A stretch of DNA of 63,986 bases, filler included. It is 5 parts of 5 records of this genome, joined end to end, with 100 filler letters (N's around TTAATTAATTAA, not from the genome) between each part and the next. Parts side by side here need not be neighbours in the genome. Positions count along the whole stretch, not along the records: positions 44,652 to 58,706 come from SRR2962707_5154; positions 58,807 to 63,986 come from SRR2962707_5477; 3 more parts are not named here. The stretch is one strand, 5' to 3'. Positions 56,324 to 63,986 of this stretch are shown one piece after another. How positions within the stretch are numbered: position 1 is the first letter of the stretch; each line of letters begins with the position of its first letter. The notes beneath the pieces are model-generated. The model worked only from the letters and a program-made list of their open reading frames with translations. It did not search any database and was not told where the DNA came from. The translations under genes were made by a program, and so were the position numbers.

Positions 56324-57552
56324 CCGGCCCGATGCCCGAGCGTGGCGAAGCCTCCGTTCCATCCCTGGAAACGGCTCGAGAATTCAGCGGTAACCTGTTG
56401 ATATTACTGGCTGGCCTCGCGGCCATTGGTACCCTTTCCACCAATATTATTTTGCCTTCGTTCGCGTCCATGGCCAGCGACATCGGTGTGCCGGCGCGGG
56501 AGCTTGGGTTGTTGTTGTCGAGTTTTTTCGCCGCCTTCGCCGCCGGCCAGCTGTTGGTGGGCCCGTTATCCGATCGGTATGGCCGCCGGCCTCTGGTGGT
56601 ATTGGGGCTGCTGGTATTCATCGCCGGCAGTCTCTGGTGCAGCCGTGCCGACAACATGAATGAACTGATACTGGGCCGGGTGATTCAGGCGCTCGGAGTA
56701 TGCGCCGCTTCGGTTCTGTCCCGGGCCATTGCCCGTGATCTGTTTGACGGGGAGGTTCTGGCCCGGGCTCTGGCGTTGACCATGGTGGCGATGGCAGCGG
56801 CTCCAGGATTCTCGCCTTTGCTGGGCGGGGCTCTGGAGCAGGCGCTGGGCTGGCGTGCCAACTTTCTGGTTGTGGCCGTGCTTGGCGCCATCCTGATTCC
56901 TCTTTATTTGTCAGGGGCGGGTGAAACGCTGCCGCCATCCCGCCGCGGCCACAAGGCGCTGGCCTCCGCCGCGCCGGGTTACCTGCGCCTGCTGCTTGAC
57001 CAGCGGTTTCTACTGCCAGCCCTGGCGGTGAGCCTGGTGATCGGGGGGCTGTACGGTTTCTTTGCCGCGGCGCCGGCGATTCTGATGGGCCGTCTCGGGC
57101 TCAGTGCTTTGCAGTTGGGCGGGTTCTTCGCCGCCACGGTCTTCGTGGTGTTTGCCGCCGGCTTGCTGGCCCCGCGCTTCGCTCGGCGGTTCGGCGTCGT
57201 CAAGGTGGGGCTGGCGGGCATTCTCGTTGCCCTGATCAGCGGCCTTAGCCTGTTGCCCGCCATCGCCGATGGGTTGATCCCGTTTTCCCTGGCGATCACC
57301 CTCTTTCTGTTCGGCATGGGACTGATCAATCCGCTGGGCACGGCCCTCACGCTGCATCCCTTTCCCGACAGAGCCGGGCTGGCTTCGGCGCTGCTCGGTT
57401 GTCTGCAAATGAGTTGCGCGGCGGCGATGACGGCGCTCGCCTCGGCATTACCGCTGCCGCCGGTAACGGCCTTGGGAACGATTCTGGCCACGACCTCGGC
57501 GCTGGCTATGGCCGCTTTTCTGCTGTACCGGAATCGAGGCGCCGCCAGTTAA
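56320..57552 (+). CDS. Bcr/CflA family MFS multidrug efflux transporter
   Basis: About 12 TM segments; GQLLVGPLSDRYGRRP, GRVIQALG, RAIARDL, GETLP, AGLASALLG. Confidence 0.9.
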   Translation: MTGPMPERGEASVPSLETAREFSGNLLILLAGLAAIGTLSTNIILPSFASMASDIGVPARELGLLLSSFFAAFAAGQLLVGPLSDRYGRRPLVVLGLLVFIAGSLWCSRADNMNELILGRVIQALGVCAASVLSRAIARDLFDGEVLARALALTMVAMAAAPGFSPLLGGALEQALGWRANFLVVAVLGAILIPLYLSGAGETLPPSRRGHKALASAAPGYLRLLLDQRFLLPALAVSLVIGGLYGFFAAAPAILMGRLGLSALQLGGFFAATVFVVFAAGLLAPRFARRFGVVKVGLAGILVALISGLSLLPAIADGLIPFSLAITLFLFGMGLINPLGTALTLHPFPDRAGLASALLGCLQMSCAAAMTALASALPLPPVTALGTILATTSALAMAAFLLYRNRGAAS

Positions 57553-57578
57553 CGCGGGAGACGATACGCCTGCATTCT

Positions 57579-57652
57579 GATTCGCCGCCCAGGCAGATCC
57601 CACAAGGGGGGCTACGAAGCGCCGCTTTGGGAAGCCGCCTGGGCGGCGAATC
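57579..57652. repeat. Inverted REP-like doublet
   Basis: GATTCGCCGCCCAGGC...GCCTGGGCGGCGAATC (16-bp perfect IR). Left copy reads TGTGGGATCTGCCTGGGCGGCGAA on the minus strand. Confidence 0.7.
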
Positions 57653-57850
57653 GGTTTTTGACTTTAGTCCAGCGTCCGGGCTGCGCTTCCAGTGATTACG
57701 AACATTCATGTCATGAATGGCCACAGACCCCGTTTGGCTTAACAGATGATGGGGTTTCCGCTATACTCCGCGCGCAATTCCGACCCCCAGAGACACCCTA
57801 ACCAGCTGATTTTCAAAAGAAATCAGCCAAGACGAAACGAGGGATACGCT

Positions 57851-58706
57851 GTGCTAGACGCCTATCGCAAACATGTCGAAGAGCGCGCCGCCGAAGGTGT
57901 GCCGCCCAAGCCGCTGAACGAGCAGCAAGTTGCCGAACTGGTTGAACTGCTGAAAAACCCGCCGGCCGGCGAAGAGGAGTTCATTCAGGATCTGTTCGTC
58001 AACCGCGTTCCGCCGGGCGTGGACCAGGCCGCTTACGTCAAGGCCGCGTTCCTGACCGCGATCATCAAAGGCGAAGCCAGTTCTCCCCTGATCGACCGCA
58101 AACGCGCCGTTCAACTGCTGGGCACCATGCAGGGCGGCTACAACGTCGCCACCCTGGTGGAAGCACTGGATGATGCCGAACTGGCGGAAATCGCCGCCGA
58201 CGAGCTCAAGCACACCCTGCTGGTGTTCGATGCCTTCCACGACGTGGAAGACAAGATGAAAGCCGGCAACGCCAAAGCCAAGGAAGTGATCGAGTCCTGG
58301 GCCGAAGGCGAGTGGTTCACCAAGCGCCCGGACCTGGCGGAGAAAATGTCTCTGACCGTCTTCAAGGTCACCGGTGAAACCAACACCGACGACCTGTCCC
58401 CGGCCCAGGACGCCTGGAGCCGCCCGGACATTCCGCTGCACGGCAACGCCATGTTGAAGAATGCCCGTGAAGGCATCTTCCCGGAAAAAGACGGCGAAAT
58501 CGGCCCGCTCAAGCAGATGGAAGAACTGAAAGCCAAAGGCCTGCCCGTTGCCTATGTGGGCGACGTTGTTGGTACCGGCTCCTCCCGTAAGTCCGCCACC
58601 AACTCCGTGCTGTGGCACTTCGGCGAAGACATTCCGTATGTTCCGAACAAGCGTGCCGGCGGCGTTTGCATCGGCGGCAAGATCGCTCCGATCTTCTTCA
58701 ACACCA
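57851..58706 (+). CDS. acnB: Aconitate hydratase 2 (N-terminal part, truncated by contig edge)
   Basis: YRKHVEERAAEG, RVPPGVDQAAYVKA, LGTMQGGYNV, GETNTDDLSPA, GTGSSRKSATNS, KIAPIFFNT. Confidence 0.97.
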
Positions 58707-58806
58707 NNNNNNNNNNNNNNNNNNNNNNNNNNNNNNNNNNNNNNNNNNNNTTAATTAATTAANNNNNNNNNNNNNNNNNNNNNNNNNNNNNNNNNNNNNN
58801 NNNNNN
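58707..58806. other. Artificial contig spacer
   Basis: N44-TTAATTAATTAA-N44. Confidence 0.99.
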
Positions 58807-58850
58807 TCTTCTTCTTCTTCTTCTTCTTGTTGTTGCCTCGAGCAGCGCAG

Positions 58851-61112
58851 GGGTGCACCCAGGTGAGCTTGACGAACCTGTACCTCACGAGCGAGAGCGA
58901 CCTCCACCCTTTCGAGAACACGCTGTCCGCCACCCTCGGGGCAGAGCTCGCGGCGGCCACGTGCGAGTCGGTGAACGAAGTTGTCGACGGCGATGGCTCC
59001 ACCAAGTGGCTGCACCGCAACTTTGGGAACGGGACGTGGCTCACGTTCCGGCTTTCGTCCTCGGTGCCGTGCGTGACGAAGTACGAAGTGACGAGTGCGA
59101 ACGACTTTGAAGGGAGGGACCCTGCAAGCTGGATCTTCTCAGGGTCCCTGGACGGGGAGCATTGGGTCGTGCTTGATATGCCCACGAACGTTGAATTCAC
59201 GGCACGCCACCAGACTCTGTCGTTTCCCATCACGTTTTCGCACCCGTTCAACTGGTATCGCTTCGAGTTCCTCACGGTGAGGGACGCCAGCTCTGGCGGG
59301 GACATGATGCAGATGGCTGATTTTTCGCTGTACACTGGTCCGTGCTTGTCCAGTACGCACGTGCGATTGAATTTTACCCCACCTCTTTTGGACACAACCC
59401 CACCATTCTCACACCCGCTTCTGTGGTTTGTGCTGGCGTGTCCGTTGGCATTGTTAGGAGACTGCACGGACGACTTTGGGCAATGGACCGAGTTTGCACT
59501 GAGGGAAATCACGGCCAACGTTCATACTGTTGAGTCAGATACGTCATCATTTCTTTCGCTTCAAGAGTGCCAAGATAGATGCGCGTCGTTTAACACATCA
59601 GAGACTTACTATCGCGACTACCAATGTTCTGGTACGGTGGGCTGCTTTTGATGTTGTTGTAATGGGCTGTTTCTCGAAGTCCTGTTGCTTGCAAACTGCA
59701 ACATTCGAACGACTTACAAGTCCCTCTGTCCCGGACACAATGTGCTGTTTGTGCTGCTCCAGCGATCAGTTTTCGCCCACAGTGGCGTGTTTATGGTGTC
59801 GACTACTCGTCCGAGTGCTACCTTCTCCAGTACTGGGGCGAGCCACAACTGGGGCCAGCAAAGTACCACAGCTTCTACGTGCGTGATCTTGGGCACTGCC
59901 ACGATGGAGTGCAAATCGCAGACTCCTGCTACCGGTTATCTGAAGACGTTGAGGGGTCGCTGGAGTGGGCTGCAGCCAGCGCTGCTTGCGTTGCCTGGGG
60001 CGGGTACCTTGCCACACTTGACGATTCAAGCGAGGCTGCCATGTTAGCAAGCACTCTACGACCGCAAGGAGATGCTTCGCGCTGGATTGGACTGAGTACC
60101 GAAGGAGATTGCGGCGGTGAATACCATTGGGCGAATAATGCCCCATTGGACATGACTGTGTCGTTCCTTCAATTCGTGTCGTCGTCCACAGAAGCAGCTG
60201 AAGCCGAAACGGACGCGCATTGCGTTTCGGTGAGTCGCATTGCCCACCGCCATGCCTCGCCGTCGCGTGCCAGTCGTCTGAATTGCATTGCCTTTTACAA
60301 TGTGTTTCTGGTTTGCTCGGGGGGATTCCAGGTGCACGAAAACAGTAACAAACACGTTGGTAAAAAGATCGAGGACCGGTCTTGTGCCGAAAAGCTCCCG
60401 TTTGTTTGCGAAAAGAATATGCCGGTACGCAAGGCCTTCCAGCCGCGCTTGACTCGCATCCGCTGCTGCGTAATCTGTTTGATTCGAACAGGCATCAAGA
60501 ACATGTGCTCAACGATTTCTGCTTCTTTCTGGCCCTGCTCTACTGTGAATGACAGTCTAACATAGAAGATCTGAATGCCTTTACGTGCCCTGGCCACTCG
60601 GTGTGCAACGGAGTCGGGCAGTACGAGGTGACGCCTGGTAACTGGGCGAACGACACTGTGTGCGGCTGCATCGACGGGTGCGTGTGTGAGGTGAATGGCG
60701 TCTAGCGCTAGCTTTTCCACCTTCTACCGGAACAACAACTCACACGTCAACATCGTTTTTGTGGCATGAACCAGGTTTGAGGCAACGAGTGATGGAGTGC
60801 ACTGTCAATGTCTGGCGGGAACTTTCCTGACTCAGCAAGCTGGGACATCTGGTCGTCTTGGCAAATACTGTGCTCCAGTCAGAACGTGCGTCGTTTTGTT
60901 CCCGACAGCAGGAAATGTGTGGCGTTTGTGTGGTCATATTGCGGTGTGTTCACGAGACCCATTTTTAAAATCCTGATGTGCGGCCGCTTCCTATGTTTGT
61001 ATGTAGCTGCAACAAGTGGGGGCAATATCTCGTGTCAGCCGCAACACCGACAAGTGATGTCGTGTGTGGCTGCCTCGCCAACGCAACATCTTCGTGCAAC
61101 CCAAGTGCCTAA
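58851..61112 (+). CDS. Eukaryotic extracellular mosaic protein: discoidin/F5/8-like, PAN/Apple, C-type lectin and Cys-rich (TNFR-like) repeats; 5' truncated
   Basis: Inferred GT-AG introns 59338-59457, 59632-59762, 60230-60331, 60425-60555, 60678-60774 and 60886-61006 give one open frame ending at TAA 61110-61112. Motifs: TSANDFEGRDPASW...DGEHW; SLQECQDRC...CSAISF...CYLL; CYR...W...C...GGYLA...WIGL...C...LPFVCEK; two C...QY.V......D.VC units. Confidence 0.78.
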
Positions 61113-61167
61113 GCGCGTGAGAGCCTCGATTGCTCACTTTGATAACATTAGACCTGACTCAAGGTCG

Positions 61168-63552
61168 TCAACTCATAGCGGCCAGGACCCGAGCAATAAT
61201 CGGATTGTCCGTGAGACTCCGTTTCTTTTGAGCTGCGTCCACGGAGTTCGGGGATGGGTTTTGCCGCAACCATTCCTGGGAACCAAAAGCAAACCAACAA
61301 AACGCTGTCCGTCAGCGCAAACGCTCGTCGTCGCGTACACTCGAGCCGCCAAACGGGAACCAACAACAACACAACACACCTGCGTGGACTCAACCAATGC
61401 CTTGATGTCGGCTATTTCTTTCGCCTAGGTCAATGGAGTCGAAAGCAGAAGGCATTAGTGCGAAAAAGAGGCCTTGAATTGAAGTCCAAAGCATGCATAT
61501 CCGCAACGTACCGTGATGTACGACTCGAGCATGGAATCGGTCGCAGTTGACAGAAGCTCTTCAGCCGCGTCAGCGACCGACTGTCCCGCGGCGCTGAGTT
61601 TCGGCATCGGCACCTGCGCGGACGCTGAATCTAACAATCCGGAAGAACCGGAGCTAACTTGGTCGGCAGAAGTGTTGCCTGTCGACTTACTGACGTCACC
61701 GTCATCGCCTTCTGCCCCGTCCTCGATCCACTTGCCGAATTCTGCGAGACGTCTCTTCTTGCTCTCCTCTGACTCCTTCACATTGTAGTCTGTAATACCG
61801 TCCCACAACATGGCCTCGAGTTGGCGTCGCCCGAAATATCGCCCATTCAGCTTTGCGACGCATGACTGAGCCGCTTCAGGGTCTTCAAACTTGACGATTG
61901 CAACGCCCTGTATCGCACGCAGACAATGCATTAGATCACACGGTGCACGTGCACAAATATGCTTCAAAGGTAGTCAAGCGTTGGATGTTACCTCAGGGTT
62001 GAACTTCATGAGCGAAACTTTCAACACTGTTCCAAAGGGCTCGCAGCCTTTCCGCAAGTCTTGCTTAACATCATTCTCAACTTTTTCATCTTCTAGTTCC
62101 TCGGGCTCGAAGCAGTGTTTAAGAATGACAATGGCCATATCATCATCATCCGGACCGTCCGCCCAGGACAACAGCTTGCGCTCGCGTGCAGCAATCTGCT
62201 TCTGCAGGAGCTTCATTTCTGCCTGCGTCATGCGGTACTGAGGCTTCTTCTTGGCATTCTTGGCGTCTCCATCGGCGCCCGTGCCGTCTTTCTTGTTCCA
62301 TTCCGCCTTCTTCACATTGAGAGTGAATCCCGGACGATACTCGACCCCGTCCACTAATTGAACGGCAAGCGGAACACTTTCTTTTTTAAGATACACAATT
62401 GTCGCATCGCCCTTAGGTATCTGCTCAAAAGCGACGCGCACACAGCAATGCAAACGGATAAGTTCATGAATAAAGCAAACCGAAACATGTCATTTACGCG
62501 GTCATTGACACAGCACGCACCTCGTTATCATTTCTGTAAATGGTGATGCTCGGCCCACCCGTAAAAATACTAGTTTTAATGATGCCATACTTGGAGAAAA
62601 GTTGCTCAAGTTCCTCCTCATCAACTGTCTCAGGGTCAAGACCTGTGACATAGATACTGGATTCATTCTTTTGCCGAGCTTTCTTTTTGGTTTTACGCTT
62701 GCGTTTTGGCTTGTTTCCGTCAGTAGGAGCAGCTGTGGCCGTACCATCAGTGTTTTTCTGTGGGTCGTCTCCCAGCGCAGTAATCCACTTCTTGGAGCTG
62801 TCATCCCAAGCATATCGCGTACCATCGTCAGCGACAAAAGATTTTGCTTCACCCTCGGCCGGGCCTTGGTACACATCCGTGATTTTTCTTTTGCCGTGTG
62901 ACGCTGAATTTCCGGAATCTTTTTTCTCATCTTGCTTTTTGGCGCCTTTCTTCGGCTTTTTGCCAACAACGTCATCGTTGATTTCATCGAGTGAAGGAGG
63001 CGGCGGTGCTGCTTGTGCAATGATACCATTGAGAAAAGTTTCAAGGTCCGGCAGCTCAATGAGCGGTTTCCAACTGTCCATCCCTTCACACCACATCTGC
63101 GTGCGCTGGTCCACCGCCCCAGCATCAAATTGCTTTGCAAGCTGCTCGACCCAAAATGGACCAGCTTGGGGCGCGGTAGTCCCGGCCAGCGCTGGGTTCA
63201 AGTAGAACCACTTCTGCATTTCAATGGCTTCAGCTCGTGGAATCCACGCAGCAAGGCCATGTTTCCACAGAAGAGCAGCTACTGCTGGATCGCTTTCGCG
63301 CAACTGCTGCAATGTCACCGGCCCCTTTGGCTCAGAGGCCGCCGCGCCGCTTTCATCAACTCCACAGTACATCCAAACAGGATTCGCATCCAAAGCAAAG
63401 ACATTGGGTTCTTCATCTCGATAATAGCCGAGCCCCAAGTCTCCTTGTTTGAACGCGTAGCCTTCCTTGCTGCCTTGGAAAGACGCAGCAGCAATAAACG
63501 CATCCTGTGGTTGCGCTGCTGCTCCTGCTGCTCCTTCTGCTGTGTCCGTCAT
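61168..63552 (-). CDS. HTATSF1: Tat-SF1/Cus2/UAP2 splicing factor with two GYF_2 domains, RRM and UHM; inferred exons 63552-62521, 62420-61992, 61907-61512, 61424-61380, 61275-61168
   Basis: DDGTRYAWD; SIYVTGL...FSKYGII...KGDATIVYLKKESVPLA (RRM1); LLSW; VILKHCF...LNGRYFGRRQLEAMLWDG (UHM); GPF...W.EGM..WKP (GYF_2). The first two introns are well supported by motif restoration; the last two are inferred. Confidence 0.87.
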
Positions 63553-63872
63553 GTCTCTACGAACCTCAAAAATTTCGCAAGAATCACTATGCACGTATCC
63601 TTGCGGCGGCAGCCCAAATAGAGGACCAACTTTGCTGTTGCCTGTCTATCAGCGTGTCTGTCTGTGGGTGTGATGCCTTCTCCAAAACTACGTGTCCGTA
63701 CCTTTCGATGTCGAGATATCACGCACCCCACACTTGGGTCACCAAAGAGGACTCAAACAGCAGACAAACAACACTTTTGAATAGTTAGCGGGAAAAAGAA
63801 AAAAAGAAGCAAGAATAAAAACACCCACCTACCCGGCATACACACACATACCAGATGCAAAAAAACGCACAC

Positions 63873-63986
63873 CTCTCTCTCTCGCTCTCTCTCTTGCTCT
63901 TTCACTCGCTCTCTCTCTCTCTGGAGACCCCCTCTCGACTCTCTCTCTGGAGACTTTCTCTCTCTTTACTCTCTCTCTCTCTCTTG
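63873..63986. repeat. Imperfect (CT)n microsatellite
   Basis: Long interrupted ctctct runs extending to the window end. Confidence 0.9.

Overview
The window is not one genomic locus. It is five contigs joined by artificial 100-nt spacers (N44-TTAATTAATTAA-N44, which puts stops in all six frames), and they come from at least three organisms. (1) 1-12075, a GC-rich gammaproteobacterium (Alcanivorax-like by inference): msrB, msrA, a lipoprotein, neutral ceramidase, OmpA, a thrombospondin type-3 repeat lipoprotein, mltF, an alpha/beta hydrolase and an M61 peptidase. (2) 12176-30317, an intron-rich eukaryote: a zinc-finger/TruC-like pseudouridine synthase converging on a ~16 kb, 5'-truncated DNA-PKcs gene. 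(3) 30418-44551, a Rhodobacteraceae-type alphaproteobacterium: glpD/glpR and flagellar genes (fliPNHF, fliL, motE, flhB, fliR, flhA), interrupted by a ~2.9 kb scar holding IS5, GntR and probable LysR remnants. (4) 44652-58706, probably the same gammaproteobacterium as contig 1: folD, a FUSC efflux module, yegP, glnS, two cyclophilins, lpxH, miaE, an acyltransferase, TetR/hydrolase/MFS and acnB. (5) 58807-63986, a eukaryote: a mosaic discoidin-PAN-C-type-lectin-Cys-repeat gene and a Tat-SF1 (HTATSF1) gene. The most notable observations are a family of heptamer-tandem (RGTKAAY) inverted-repeat elements whose arms contain the stop codons of five bacterial genes, and a Tat-SF1 gene whose reconstructed last exons encode an Hsp70-lid-like domain. 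All family assignments rest on motif recognition; no database search was run.
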